A stretch of 64,000 bases of DNA, from assembly GCA_002748835.1 (NCBI GenBank), contig PDTL01000026.1, forward strand, positions 14,330-78,329. Reading direction: 5' to 3'. The DNA is from Deltaproteobacteria bacterium (GTDB taxonomy: Bacteria > Desulfobacterota > Desulfobacteria > Desulfobacterales > GCA-2748835). Under the pieces are notes generated by a model. The model did not search any database, was not told the DNA's origin, and worked only from the letters and a program-made list of their open reading frames with translations. The translations under genes and the position numbers were made by a program. Each line of letters begins with the position of its first letter. The stretch's first letter is position 1. This document shows positions 1-10,056 of the stretch, in pieces.

Positions 1-1432
1 CGGCTTTACCAGCGAAGAACGATTTGAAGACCTGTTTGAGGCGTACAACCGTGAATCTGCGGATATGCTGTGTGCAGGTGACACGGTCGAGGGCAAGGTT
101 ATCGCTGTAGGCGCCGATACTGTTTACGTGGATACGGGCACGAAAATCGACGGGGCAGTTGACAAAAAAGAGCTCCTGGATGATGACGGAAACTGCACCG
201 TGGCAGTGGGCGATACGGTCAGCCTGTACGTCGTGTCCGCAACCGAAGATGAAGTGATTCTGTCAAAGGCCCTGTCCGGCAGGGGGGGGACGGATGCCAT
301 CGCAACCGCCCATGCCACGGGCACACCTGTGGAAGGGCGTGTCGCGGAGGTCTGCAAGGGAGGCTTTCGGGTTCGGATTGCAGGGAAACTGGCCTTTTGC
401 CCCATCAGTCAGATGGATGTCGCGTTTATCGAGCAGGCCGAAGATTATGTGGACAAGTCGTTCACCTTTATTGTGAAACGGTTTGAGGAAAATGGGCGGA
501 ACATAGTCGTTTCACGGCGCGAGCTTTTGGAAGCTGAGCGGAACGCCGCCCGGGCGGCGTTTTTTGACACCCTTGAGATCGGCGCGGTAATGGATGGCCG
601 TGTGGCCAAGGTGATGCCCTACGGTTTGTTTGTGGAACTGGTGCCGGGTGTGGAAGGCATGGTGCATGTGTCCGAGATCAGCTGGAGCCGGGTGAGTGAT
701 CCATCGGAAGCGGCCGCTGCAGGCGATGCAGTGCGGGTCAAGGTGCTGAGCGTGGGCCAGGCGGAAGGCGGCAAAGCTCCGCGGATCGCCTTGTCCATGA
801 AACAGACCGAAGACGACCCCTGGAGCCGGGTCGCTGATACGCTGAAGGCAGGCATGCAGGTGGAAGGAACCGTTGCCCGATGTACGGATTTCGGTGCGTT
901 TGTCGAAGTGATGCCGGGTGTGGAAGGCCTCGTGCATATCAGTGAGATAAGCTATGTCAAACGGGTGACCCGGCCGGAAGATGAGGCCCCTCCGGGAACA
1001 ACGGTCTTTGTGTCCATCAAGGATGTGGACCTGCAGAAAAAACGTCTTTCCTTAAGTATTCGAGATGCCAAGGGCGATCCCTGGGCTGATGCGGCGACCC
1101 GGTATCCGGCGGGAAAACCGGTCCGCGGCACGGTGGAGAAAGTGGAGCGCTTTGGCCTGTTTGTGTCTCTGGAACCCGGTGTCACCGGTCTGCTGCCCAG
1201 GCGGCGGCTTCAGGACCGTCCGGAAGGGGCTGCGGTGGAGCGTCTGAAACCGGGGGCGCAGATCGAAGTGACGGTTCTGGCCGTGGATATGGCAGCCCGG
1301 AAGATGGAACTCGGTCTTGCAGAGGCGGATGCCGAAGGGGAGATGACCACCTGGAAGGAGGCGCCGGCATCGAACGGATTCGGTGATCTGGGTGAAAAAT
1401 TGATGGCAGCCATGCAAAAACAGAAACCGTGA
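1..1432 (+). CDS. 30S ribosomal protein S1-like protein (tandem S1 domains), 5' end outside the window
   Basis: Repeated S1 motifs (GxVxxxxxFGxFVE, GxEGxVHISE). The frame is open upstream of ATG 65 (..FEDLFEAY..), so the gene starts before position 1. Could be rpsA or a paralog. Confidence 0.85.
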   Translation, partial: GFTSEERFEDLFEAYNRESADMLCAGDTVEGKVIAVGADTVYVDTGTKIDGAVDKKELLDDDGNCTVAVGDTVSLYVVSATEDEVILSKALSGRGGTDAIATAHATGTPVEGRVAEVCKGGFRVRIAGKLAFCPISQMDVAFIEQAEDYVDKSFTFIVKRFEENGRNIVVSRRELLEAERNAARAAFFDTLEIGAVMDGRVAKVMPYGLFVELVPGVEGMVHVSEISWSRVSDPSEAAAAGDAVRVKVLSVGQAEGGKAPRIALSMKQTEDDPWSRVADTLKAGMQVEGTVARCTDFGAFVEVMPGVEGLVHISEISYVKRVTRPEDEAPPGTTVFVSIKDVDLQKKRLSLSIRDAKGDPWADAATRYPAGKPVRGTVEKVERFGLFVSLEPGVTGLLPRRRLQDRPEGAAVERLKPGAQIEVTVLAVDMAARKMELGLAEADAEGEMTTWKEAPASNGFGDLGEKLMAAMQKQKP

Positions 1433-1586
1433 TCTTATGTCAAATCGCGTACACGAATTTGCATTCAAAACACAGGCGGCTTCCGTTTTGAGGTATCCGA
1501 AACCCGGCCGCGTTTATGTGTTGGGGTTCGGACCTGCTCCTCGGGGGGAGGTATGCAGGTGTGGGTACACGGAAAGGGACGGATAG

Positions 1587-2177
1587 ATGAACCGGAATCA
1601 TGGGGCAGATATGCCTGCTTCACTGCCGCGGCCGTCGTTAAACGACCTGCGCGGCCGTCAGTCAGTGCGCGCCACGTTCAAACTGACCAGCCGGGCCATT
1701 GATGCCATCCGTGTGGTCTCCGTTCACCTGGGAATCAAAAAAAAGTCGCTGTTTGATCACCTGATCGAGGATCCGGATGCGCTCTCCTCCATTGCCGACA
1801 CGGTGGACAGCGGCGATTTTTGCCAGCTGAAGCGGGTGCAGAAAACGTTTGTTCTGAGCCGCAGTACGCTGGATTTATTAGACCGGATCTCCAAGGGACG
1901 CAATACGCCCCGGGACGCGCTGGTCGAGTATTCCATTCGCAGGCTGCACGATATCATTGAAACAGAAAAGATTCGGCACCGCACGCGCAAAGCGCTTCTG
2001 GCAGAAGGGCACCCCCAGCTGATTCAGACGGAGCAGCTGTTCCGCGATGCCCTCGACCGTCTGGGGCCGGATGATCCGGTGACGCGGCATTTCCAGAGCC
2101 TTGCGGAATGCGCGCGTGCCACGTTTTCAGCCGTTGCTGACTATGTTGAAAAGGGCGAAGTGATCGAGTCTTTTTGA
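1587..2177 (+). CDS. Hypothetical protein with two ribbon-helix-helix-like motifs
   Basis: 196-aa ORF; internal repeats VRATFKLT..IDAIRVVSVHLGIKKKSLFDHLI and VQKTFVLS..LDLLDRISKGRNTPRDALVEYSI. Confidence 0.65.
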   Translation: MNRNHGADMPASLPRPSLNDLRGRQSVRATFKLTSRAIDAIRVVSVHLGIKKKSLFDHLIEDPDALSSIADTVDSGDFCQLKRVQKTFVLSRSTLDLLDRISKGRNTPRDALVEYSIRRLHDIIETEKIRHRTRKALLAEGHPQLIQTEQLFRDALDRLGPDDPVTRHFQSLAECARATFSAVADYVEKGEVIESF

Positions 2178-2207
2178 TTTGACCACCCTCCCATGAAACG
2201 GAGCTGT

Positions 2208-2495
2208 ATGATTGTTGGATACGGCCGGATGACGTTTCACCTGCATGGTGTCCGGTCTCTGAAAGAAAAGCGGAAAATTGTCAAAGCCCTTATCAGTCGG
2301 CTGCAGCGTCAGTTTAATGCGTCTGTGGCGGAAGTGGGTGACAATGACGTGCACCAGCGGGCTCAGATCGGGTTTTCGCTGGTGGGTAACGATGCCGGCG
2401 TGATCGATTCCAAAATGGACAAGTTTTTGAATATGGCAGAGAACCTTGGCATCGCGGAAATGACGGATGCGGAAACTGAGTTGATGACACTCTGA
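2208..2495 (+). CDS. DUF503/YlxP family protein
   Basis: MIVG...SLKEKR.IVK.LI..L...FN.SVAEV...D.HQRA.IG signature; start at ATG 2208 preferred over 2193. Confidence 0.9.
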   Translation: MIVGYGRMTFHLHGVRSLKEKRKIVKALISRLQRQFNASVAEVGDNDVHQRAQIGFSLVGNDAGVIDSKMDKFLNMAENLGIAEMTDAETELMTL

Positions 2496-2550
2496 CAGCG
2501 CAGCGGGTGAATCGCGGTTCTGAGAGGCAGTCAACCCGCGATTTCTCAAC

Positions 2551-2576
2551 AAAAAAGGCCGGAGGCAAACCCGGCC
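2551..2576 (-). terminator. Intrinsic terminator
   Basis: GGCCGG-8nt-CCGGCC stem followed by T6 on the minus strand. Confidence 0.75.
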
Positions 2577-2619
2577 GATTTTGAAGAGGAGAAAAAAATG
2601 AAAAAGTTATTAGGCTGAT
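2551..2619 (-). ncRNA. Candidate sigma54-dependent small RNA (~70 nt) with anti-Shine-Dalgarno seed
   Basis: Canonical -24/-12 promoter directly upstream, CU-rich body (CATTTTTTTCTCCTCTTC), GGCCGG/CCGGCC hairpin plus T6 at the 3' end. Confidence 0.6.
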
Positions 2620-2628
2620 TTTTGTTTT

Positions 2629-2645
2629 TGCAAATCATGTGCCAA
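2629..2645 (-). promoter_or_regulatory. sigma54 (-24/-12) promoter
   Basis: Minus strand TTGGCAC-ATGAT-TTGCA, exact GG-N10-GC spacing. Confidence 0.8.
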
Positions 2646-2736
2646 TCCGCTTCTGTTTTTTATATTTTATTTTTATTATTTATTTCAATATGTTGAGAAA
2701 TGAAGGCAAGGTCTGTTTTCCTGTGGTGATCAAAGG

Positions 2737-2919
2737 GGTTCATCATTTTGAACCGCCGGGCAGGGCTGGCTGGCAGAGATCACTGGAAACAGGGGCCATG
2801 ACCGGTAAAACGGGCTGATTGCTGATTCATAATTATGAATACGTGTGCGTCGCCAATCGGTAAGCAGTTTTTTAATCTTTTGATTTTAATATATATGTTG
2901 TAGTTCATTTTTTTGAACT
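2737..2919. promoter_or_regulatory. Three palindromic TTCA-N6-TGAA sites (putative activator enhancer sites)
   Basis: GGTTCA-TCATTT-TGAACC (2737-2754), ATTCA-TAATTA-TGAAT (2825-2840), AGTTCA-TTTTTT-TGAACT (2902-2919). Confidence 0.55.
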
Positions 2920-4287
2920 CACACGGATACCGTATTTTTTAATCTTTTGATTCAAACCACTTTTAGTGATCCCCAGGCGCTCGGCCGCATGGGACTGGAT
3001 CTGGTCGGCCGCATCCAGGGCCTGGAGAATCATTTCCTTTTCAACCGCCGCCAGGGTGGCGGTCAGGGTCTGGCCCGGACGAATGCCGGACAGGTGGAAT
3101 CCTTCGGCATCGGTCTGGCTGATCTGCAGGGGAAAATCCGCCGGTGTCAGCTGGGGGCCGGACGCAAGCACCATGGCCCGTTCCATGACATTTTCGAGTT
3201 CTCTTACATTCCCGGGCCAGGCATAGGCATAGATCAGTCGCCGGGCTTCCGGAGAAAGACCGGTAATCGGCGTGTTGCCGGCCCGTTCGCCTTCGTATTT
3301 GCGGATAAAATGCATGGCCAGCAGATGGAGGTCTTCGGACCGGCTCCGCAGGGGCGGCAGGTTCAGATGCACCACATTGAGGCGGTAAAACAGGTCTTCC
3401 CGGAACGTGCCCGCCGCCACATCATCGGCAAGATGACGGTTGGTGGCGGCAATGAGTCGAAAATCGACAGGAAGGGTCTTCACGCCGCCCACCCGCTCCA
3501 GATTCCGTTCCTGGAGCACGCGGAGCAGTTTTACCTGAAGGCTGCTGGAAAGCTCCCCGATTTCATCTAAAAACAGGGTGCCGCCGTCTGCCAGTTCAAA
3601 CCGGCCTTTTTTCAGGGTGGCCGCACCGGTGAACGCTCCTTTTTCGTGACCGAAGAGTTCGCTTTCAAGCAGGCTTTCGCTTAAGGCTGCGCAGTTCACG
3701 GCAACAAAGGGCTGCTCACGCCGGGGGCTGTTGAAGTGGATGGATTGGGCCACGAGCTCTTTACCGGTGCCGCTTTCCCCTTCAATGAGGATGGACGCGG
3801 ATGCCGGCGCCACTTTCCGGATGGTGTCAAACAGCAGCTGCATGGGCTGGCTTTTACCCACAATATTGTCAAAATGAAACTGGGACGAGACGGCATCACG
3901 GAGCCGCCGGTTTTCCCGGACCACCCGGGAAAGGTCCATGGCTTTTTCCACATGGATGATCAGGCTGTCGTTGTCAAAGGGTTTGAGGATATAGGTGTAG
4001 GCTCCCTTTTGCATGGCTTCCACGGCTTTTTCAATGGTGCCGTAGGCGGTCATGAGGATGACCGGTACGTCCGGAGCCAGTTCCTTCGCTTCCTCGAGCA
4101 GGGCAATGCCGTCCATGCCGGGCATTTTCATGTCCGTGAGAATGAGGTCGATGTCTGCCCGGGAGAGGATGTCCAGGGCGGCCCGTGCATCGTTTGCGGT
4201 CAGGGTTTCATACCCTTCTTCTTCAAGTACGGCGCTCAGGATCAGGGGGTAATTCTTTTCATCGTCAACAATGAGGATGGTGTCCAT
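2905..4287 (-). CDS. NtrC-family sigma54-dependent response regulator
   Basis: REC domain, GESGTGKE Walker A, GAFTGA loop, [15 protein letters not shown]-terminal Fis-type HTH. Confidence 0.95.
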   Translation of the reverse strand: MDTILIVDDEKNYPLILSAVLEEEGYETLTANDARAALDILSRADIDLILTDMKMPGMDGIALLEEAKELAPDVPVILMTAYGTIEKAVEAMQKGAYTYILKPFDNDSLIIHVEKAMDLSRVVRENRRLRDAVSSQFHFDNIVGKSQPMQLLFDTIRKVAPASASILIEGESGTGKELVAQSIHFNSPRREQPFVAVNCAALSESLLESELFGHEKGAFTGAATLKKGRFELADGGTLFLDEIGELSSSLQVKLLRVLQERNLERVGGVKTLPVDFRLIAATNRHLADDVAAGTFREDLFYRLNVVHLNLPPLRSRSEDLHLLAMHFIRKYEGERAGNTPITGLSPEARRLIYAYAWPGNVRELENVMERAMVLASGPQLTPADFPLQISQTDAEGFHLSGIRPGQTLTATLAAVEKEMILQALDAADQIQSHAAERLGITKSGLNQKIKKYGIRVSSKK

Positions 4288-4292
4288 GATGG

Positions 4293-5750
4293 CTATCCTT
4301 CGGCGATGGGCAGCTTGACCACCACCCGGGTGCCGCCGATCTGGCGATTCTGGATCTGGATGCTGCCCTGATGGGCATCGATGATGTTCCGGACAATCCC
4401 GAGGCCCAGTCCGGTTCCTTTGTCTTTGGTGGTGAAAAACGGATCCCAGATCTTTTCAACGAGTTCTTCGGGGATGCCGGTTCCCTGGTCTTCAAAACGG
4501 ATACGGACCGTGTCTGCATCGCAGGTGAGGTAAATCCCCACGGTCCCGCCGTCGGGCATGGCCTGCATGGCATTGAGCAGCAAATTCAGGAAGGCCTGGT
4601 AGAGCATATCCGTATCTGCCCATACGGGGGGCAGGGATTTTCGATTGCCGGATTCGGTGTGTTTCCGGATGGTATAGCCCTGGGTGTCGATGGTTGGGGC
4701 CAGAAATTTCAGGTTCTGCTCGATCACGGCGTCCACGTCGCAGTGGGTGCGGTTTGGTACTTGAGGACGGGCATAGTTGAGGAAATCCTGAATGATGGTG
4801 TCCAGCCGGGTAGCTTCGGTCACAATGATTTCCGGAATGGTGGATGCCGCATCCAGCCGTTTCATTTTTTTCTGGAGCAGCTCTGCGGAGCTGCGGATAA
4901 TCCCCAGGGGGTTGCGGATCTCATGGGAGATGCCGGCTGTCATTTCACCTAGGGCAGACAGATGTCGCGCTTTTGCCAGCTCTTCTTTCAGCTTGAGGCG
5001 TTCCTGGGCGCGGTTTTCAATAATGCGTTCTCCGCGCTTGACTGTATAGCGGAGCACCAGAAACAGGCCGCCCATGACCAGAATGCAGGTGCCGAGCACC
5101 AGCAGCTGGAGCCGGAAAATCTCCCGGTAATCATCAGACACATTTTCAACCACCTCCACCACCCCGAGTACAGGTCCTGAAATTTTGGACAGCGGCTGCT
5201 CGGCCCGGAGCGGGGCCAGGGTCACGATTCGGCTGTCCGCAGGGACACCGAACAGGATTTCCCAGAAATTGCCGGTCTGTACGAGAATGGTGGTCACCTC
5301 TCCCTTGACCGCCTTTCGATATCCGGAACCGCCCAGGTCGCGCATGCCGATCCGATCACGATCCATGCTGTAGGAGACAATGTTGGACAGGTCGTAGATG
5401 GTGACAGACTCTACCTTGAAACTGTGCAGGGTGGATCTGACCACCTTGTCCATGCGGGCAAACTGATCCGGTTCCCGCAGACGGATTTTCCCCAGGGTCA
5501 TGGCCACGGGAATCACGAACTGCATGAAGACCTGATGGTTCAGGTTCTCGATGAGCACCCGGGCATAATCTTCCCGGTTTTTGATGAGCATGCTGCGGAC
5601 CCAGTGCGTGTTGAGTCCGGAAAGAATCAGGGTGCCGATGAACATAACCGTCAGGCTGGTAAAGGTAAAGTACTTGACAAGCCTGAACGGCTTTAACTTT
5701 TCTTCCGTGGCGTTCGGTGAGGGCTGTGACGGAGGTAGGGATGTATTCAT
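4293..5750 (-). CDS. Membrane sensor histidine kinase (cognate partner of the NtrC-type regulator)
   Basis: Two TM segments, H-box SHEIRNPL, N box, DxGxG, FFTTK.GTGLGL. Start set at ATG 5750 because the longer ORF runs through a tRNA. Confidence 0.92.
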   Translation of the reverse strand: MNTSLPPSQPSPNATEEKLKPFRLVKYFTFTSLTVMFIGTLILSGLNTHWVRSMLIKNREDYARVLIENLNHQVFMQFVIPVAMTLGKIRLREPDQFARMDKVVRSTLHSFKVESVTIYDLSNIVSYSMDRDRIGMRDLGGSGYRKAVKGEVTTILVQTGNFWEILFGVPADSRIVTLAPLRAEQPLSKISGPVLGVVEVVENVSDDYREIFRLQLLVLGTCILVMGGLFLVLRYTVKRGERIIENRAQERLKLKEELAKARHLSALGEMTAGISHEIRNPLGIIRSSAELLQKKMKRLDAASTIPEIIVTEATRLDTIIQDFLNYARPQVPNRTHCDVDAVIEQNLKFLAPTIDTQGYTIRKHTESGNRKSLPPVWADTDMLYQAFLNLLLNAMQAMPDGGTVGIYLTCDADTVRIRFEDQGTGIPEELVEKIWDPFFTTKDKGTGLGLGIVRNIIDAHQGSIQIQNRQIGGTRVVVKLPIAEG

Positions 5751-5808
5751 AAACGATTCAATATCATTTATCAAAACCGTCCATGCCGGAAATGATGCGA
5801 TGAAAAAA

Positions 5809-5884
5809 TGGCTGGGGCGGAAGGATTCGAACCTTCGAATGCTGGAATCAAAATCCAGTGTCTTTGCCACTTGACGACGCCCCA
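5809..5884 (-). tRNA. tRNA-Gln(UUG)
   Basis: Cloverleaf, anticodon loop TTTTGAT, GGTTCGAATCC T-arm, encoded CCA. Confidence 0.95.
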
Positions 5885-6206
5885 GCAGGATTCCGGGGGA
5901 TGCCGGAAACTGACGTTTACGGGGGATCATCACCGGACGCGGGCCTGAAGGTTTACCGCTGCAGGCGGGGAATCCGGTTTATCCGCAGTTAATACAGCCG
6001 TTTTTACCATTGACGCTTCCGGTAGTCAATACCCTTGCCTGCGCTTTAAGGCAAAAAAGACCCTGTGTTCCGGTAAATCGTGGAATCGGGTTGACCGATC
6101 CCCTGTTTGGATGTATGGGCGTTCTTTCGTACGCGGTTCCGGAAAGGATTGCATACGGATAAAGAAAGGGATATTGTATTGATACACTATAAGGAAAGCA
6201 GGACAT

Positions 6207-7595
6207 ATGAAACCGATCATCGCACTGGTGGGCCGACCCAATGTGGGAAAATCGACCCTGTTCAACCGGATTACCCGCCGAAAAGACGCCCTGGTGGACA
6301 ATTTCCCCGGCGTGACCCGGGATCGGCATTATGGCGATGCCGAGTGGGAAGGACGGGCATTCACCCTCGTGGACACGGGCGGCTATCTGGGCACGGACGC
6401 AGATGCCTTTGCCGGTGAAATCCGGTATCAGGTGGAACAGGCCATGGAAAATGCCGATGCCGTGATTCTGGTGCTTGACGGCAAATACGGGATTTCTCCC
6501 TTTGACAGCGAATTGATCGATCTGCTCCGGTGCGTGTCTCGGCCGGTCTACTATGCGATCAATAAAATCGACGGCATTGAACAGGAAGAGCTGCTGGCCG
6601 ATTTCTATGCCCTGGGCCTTGATACCCTGTTCCCGGTTTCCGGAGAACACGGTTATGGGGTGCCGGATCTTCTGGACAGCCTGATGCACATGCTGCCGGA
6701 ACCGGATGATACGGCAGCCGACGATGCCGCGATCAAGGTGGCGGTGGTCGGTCGGCCGAACGTGGGAAAATCCTCTCTGATCAACCGGATCCTCGGCGAA
6801 GACCGGATGGTGGTGAGCGATGTGTCCGGCACCACCCGGGATGCCATTGACAGTGAATACCGGGTGGGGGACCGGACCTATACCCTGATCGATACGGCCG
6901 GTATCCGGCGAAAGGGGCGGGTGAACCGGAAAATTGAAAAGTTTTCCATCTTAAAAGCCCTCAGAGGCCTGGAACGCTGTGATGTCGCGCTCATTCTGAT
7001 CGATGCCGTAGAAGGGGTGACAGATCAGGATGTCACCATTGCCGGCTATGCCTATGATCGTGGGTGTGGATGCATTTTCATTCTGAATAAATGGGATGCC
7101 ATTGAAAAGGATGATAAGACGATGAAACGGTTTGTGGAGCGGCTTCGGCTGGAATCGAAATTTCTGAGTTTTGCGCCGGTGCTCTCCATCTCCGCCCTGA
7201 CCGGCCAGCGCGTGAACCGGATTTTCCCTCAGGTGGATGCGGTTTTTCGTCAGTATGCCACCCGCATCGGAACCGGCGCGTTGAACCGGATTATGGAACA
7301 GGCCATGGAACGAACCCCGCCGTCTCTTCACAAGGGAAAACGCCTGAAATTTTATTATTCCGCTCAGGTGAGCGAAAAACCGCCCACCGTGGTCAGCTTT
7401 GTCAATTATCCGGAAGCCGTCCATTTTTCTTACAAGCGCTTTCTGATCAACCAGATCCGGGAGCATACAGGGCTGGAGTTGACGCCCATCCGGCTGTTGT
7501 TTCGTCAGCGGACCGGACGCATCGACTTTGCTGAAAAGAAACCGAAGCCCCCGCTGAAAACCAAACGGGGACTGAACCGGAAACGGAAGCGGTAA
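6207..7595 (+). CDS. der: Ribosome biogenesis GTPase Der (EngA)
   Basis: Two tandem G domains (GRPNVGKS x2, DTGG/DTAG, NKxD). Confidence 0.97.
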   Translation: MKPIIALVGRPNVGKSTLFNRITRRKDALVDNFPGVTRDRHYGDAEWEGRAFTLVDTGGYLGTDADAFAGEIRYQVEQAMENADAVILVLDGKYGISPFDSELIDLLRCVSRPVYYAINKIDGIEQEELLADFYALGLDTLFPVSGEHGYGVPDLLDSLMHMLPEPDDTAADDAAIKVAVVGRPNVGKSSLINRILGEDRMVVSDVSGTTRDAIDSEYRVGDRTYTLIDTAGIRRKGRVNRKIEKFSILKALRGLERCDVALILIDAVEGVTDQDVTIAGYAYDRGCGCIFILNKWDAIEKDDKTMKRFVERLRLESKFLSFAPVLSISALTGQRVNRIFPQVDAVFRQYATRIGTGALNRIMEQAMERTPPSLHKGKRLKFYYSAQVSEKPPTVVSFVNYPEAVHFSYKRFLINQIREHTGLELTPIRLLFRQRTGRIDFAEKKPKPPLKTKRGLNRKRKR

Positions 7596-7597
7596 CC

Positions 7598-8962
7598 GTG
7601 GACCTGTTTTCCTATGCGGAGCATGACACGGATCCTAGGCGTTCGCCGCTGGCAGACCGCCTGCGTCCCGAGTCCCTTGCGGATTACGAGGGCCAGGACA
7701 CTGCCGTGGGGGATGGCTCCCTGATCCGGAATGCGATTGAGGCGGATCATCCGTTTTCCATGATCCTCTGGGGGCCGCCGGGGTGCGGGAAAACCACCCT
7801 GGCCAAGATCATGGCAAAAGAGACCGCCTCGCATTTTGTAGAAATATCTGCGGTCTTATCCGGGGTCGGGGATATCCGGAATGTGATTGATGCCGCCCGC
7901 AAGCAGCGCCGGCTGCATCAGAGGCAAACCCTTTTGTTTGTCGATGAAATTCACCGGTTCAACAAGGCCCAGCAGGACGCGTTTCTGCACCATGTGGAGA
8001 GCGGGCTGATCACGCTCATCGGTGCTACCACGGAGAATCCCTCCTTTGAAGTCATTCCAGCCCTCTTATCCCGGTGCCGCGTCATTCAGCTGGTGGCGCC
8101 GGACGCAGCCGCCATGAACCGGATTCTGGACAGAGCGCTCGCCGATGAGCACAAGGGGCTGGGGGCACTCCGGCTGTCTGTTTCAACTGAGGCCCGGATG
8201 CATCTGATCCATCAGGCGGACGGGGATGTGCGCATGCTGCTCAACAACCTCGAGGCAGCCGCGTTCATGGCACTGAAAAAACGGCCGCCTGGTGCGGATG
8301 GAGCGCGGGAGATCGCCCTTGATCTGGTCGAACAGACGCTTCAGAAAAAAGCACTGCATTACGACAAAAGCGGTGAAGAACACTATAATCTGATTTCCGC
8401 GTTTCACAAAAGCCTGCGCGGCAGTGATCCGGACGGTGCCCTCTACTGGATGGAGCGGATGCTTGCCGGCGGTGAAGACCCGCTTTACATTGCCCGCCGC
8501 ATGGTGCGGTTCGCATCCGAAGATGTGGGCAATGCCGATCCGCACGCCCTGACCATGGCCCTGAATGCCGTGGAAGCGTTTCGTCTCCTTGGCCATCCAG
8601 AGGGTGAACTGGCCCTTTCTCAGGCCGTCGTCTATCTGGCCACCGCGCCCAAGAGCAATGCCGTGTATGCGGCCACTCAATCGGTACGGCAGTTTGTTGC
8701 ATCCACAGGCTACCTGCCAGTCCCCCTGCATATCCGGAACGCGCCCACGGGCCTGATGCAGGACATGGGATACGGCGAGGGGTACCGGTATGCCCATGAT
8801 TATGAAGGCGGGTACGCGCCCCAGGATTATCTGCCTGACGGTCATGAAACAAAACGGTTTTATTTTCCGGTGGACCGGGGCTACGAGCAGGCCATTGGCA
8901 GGCGGCTCAGCCAGTGGCTGGAATGTCGCAGGCGGTCAAGAAAAGCGGCAGGGCGGTCGTGA
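7598..8962 (+). CDS. rarA: Replication-associated recombination protein RarA/MgsA
   Basis: [48 protein letters not shown]. Confidence 0.95.
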   Translation: MDLFSYAEHDTDPRRSPLADRLRPESLADYEGQDTAVGDGSLIRNAIEADHPFSMILWGPPGCGKTTLAKIMAKETASHFVEISAVLSGVGDIRNVIDAARKQRRLHQRQTLLFVDEIHRFNKAQQDAFLHHVESGLITLIGATTENPSFEVIPALLSRCRVIQLVAPDAAAMNRILDRALADEHKGLGALRLSVSTEARMHLIHQADGDVRMLLNNLEAAAFMALKKRPPGADGAREIALDLVEQTLQKKALHYDKSGEEHYNLISAFHKSLRGSDPDGALYWMERMLAGGEDPLYIARRMVRFASEDVGNADPHALTMALNAVEAFRLLGHPEGELALSQAVVYLATAPKSNAVYAATQSVRQFVASTGYLPVPLHIRNAPTGLMQDMGYGEGYRYAHDYEGGYAPQDYLPDGHETKRFYFPVDRGYEQAIGRRLSQWLECRRRSRKAAGRS

Positions 8963-8973
8963 CCCGTAAACAG
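8934..8973 (+). repeat. 40-bp direct repeat copy 1 (spans rarA stop codon)
   Basis: GGTCAAGAAAAGCGGCAGGGCGGTCGTGACCCGTAAACAG. Confidence 0.9.
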
Positions 8974-9177
8974 CAGGCAGATGCGCGTCATGACATCAGT
9001 CAGGAGCGGCTGATGCGGGTTTAGGGATTTCTGTGCCGGCACGGGTGGGCCTGCGCCTTGAGATGGCAGGCGAAGGCAGGCGTCAGGGACGTGCCGATGC
9101 CAGTCGGGATATGATTGCCGACTGCCGGGGGAATGCTGCCGGTATCATGATCCGAGTCTTTTGCGGATTGAAGTGAA

Positions 9178-9207
9178 TTGACAACCCAGCCCAAGGGGGC
9201 TATTGAT
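9178..9207 (+). promoter_or_regulatory. Putative sigma70-type promoter of LRR cassette 1 (repeated at 10283 and 11409)
   Basis: TTGACA, 17-nt spacer containing an AGCCC/GGGCT inverted repeat, then an AT-rich imperfect -10. Confidence 0.45.
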
Positions 9208-9299
9208 AAATATATATCGTTAAAAGAACTTTCTGGGGAGCATAACGCTGACAGACATACGCTCCCCTTTTTCTGGTAACGCTTCTTATGGAGGCTGAT

Positions 9300-9962
9300 A
9301 TGTTTCGCTTAAATGTTTGTGATTGGTATGGTGTTGACTGTAACAGCGACAGAACTGCTGTTACACGTCTTGACCTTAATCATAACAGCCTCACAGGTCC
9401 AATTCCTGAGTCTATTGGAAAATTAAAAAATCTAGGATATCTTAACCTTGAGAGTAACAGCCTCACAGGTCCAATCCCTGAGTCTATTGGAAACTTAACA
9501 AACCTAAGCGGTCTTGACCTTGAGAGTAACGGCCTCACAGGTCCAATCCCTGAGTCTATTGGAAACTTAACAGGTCTAATAGGCCTTTACCTTTTGAATA
9601 ACAGCCTCACAGGTCCAATTCCTGAGTCGATTGGAAAATTAACAAACCTAATATATCTTCACCTTGACAGTAACAGCCTCACAGGTCCAATTCCTAATTC
9701 TATTGGGAATTTAACAAAATTAAGAATATTCGATCTTGATTCGAACAACCTATCAGGAGTCATTCCCACCACCATCACATCGTTGACCTATTTATTAAGT
9801 GGAGAATTACGTCTATATGAGAATTGCAATTTAACTACCCCGAATCAAAACGTGATAGACTTTATAGACAGTAAAAGCGACGGCGGTTATCAGAAAATTC
9901 TAGACACAAATGGACATTGCGGCGTCACCCTCAGTCCTATCTATCATTTGTTACTCAATTAA
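9300..9962 (+). CDS. LRR protein cassette 1 (24-aa plant-type LRRs); signal peptide and most of N-cap deleted in frame
   Basis: LxxLxLxxNSLTGPIPESIGNLTN repeats; GGAGG RBS before ATG 9300; C-terminal LSPIYHLLLN. Confidence 0.85.
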   Translation: MFRLNVCDWYGVDCNSDRTAVTRLDLNHNSLTGPIPESIGKLKNLGYLNLESNSLTGPIPESIGNLTNLSGLDLESNGLTGPIPESIGNLTGLIGLYLLNNSLTGPIPESIGKLTNLIYLHLDSNSLTGPIPNSIGNLTKLRIFDLDSNNLSGVIPTTITSLTYLLSGELRLYENCNLTTPNQNVIDFIDSKSDGGYQKILDTNGHCGVTLSPIYHLLLN

Positions 9963-9976
9963 AATATGGGAAGAAA

Positions 9977-10006
9977 AAAGCCGGCAGACACGCGTCTCCC
10001 GGCTTT
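9977..10006 (+). terminator. Hairpin terminator after LRR cassette (also at 11241-11270 and 12350-12379)
   Basis: AAAGCCGG-C-AGAC-loop-GTCT-C-CCGGCTTT. Confidence 0.7.
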
Positions 10007-10016
10007 CAGCATTAGG

Positions 10017-10056
10017 GGTCAAGAAAAGGGGCAGGGCGGTCGTGACCCGTAAACAG
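10017..10056 (+). repeat. 40-bp direct repeat copy 2
   Basis: 1 mismatch to copy 1. Confidence 0.9.

Noticed and set aside
1445-1465. sigma54-like site GTACAC-N5-TTGCA
   Set aside because: Lacks the invariant -24 GG
2598-2618. Plus-strand micro-ORF MKKLLG with strong RBS
   Set aside because: Promoter and terminator both point to the minus strand, so it is better explained as the complement of an sRNA seed; not fully excluded
5751-5933. N-terminal extension of the histidine kinase ORF
   Set aside because: It is a translation of tRNA-Gln and its flanks
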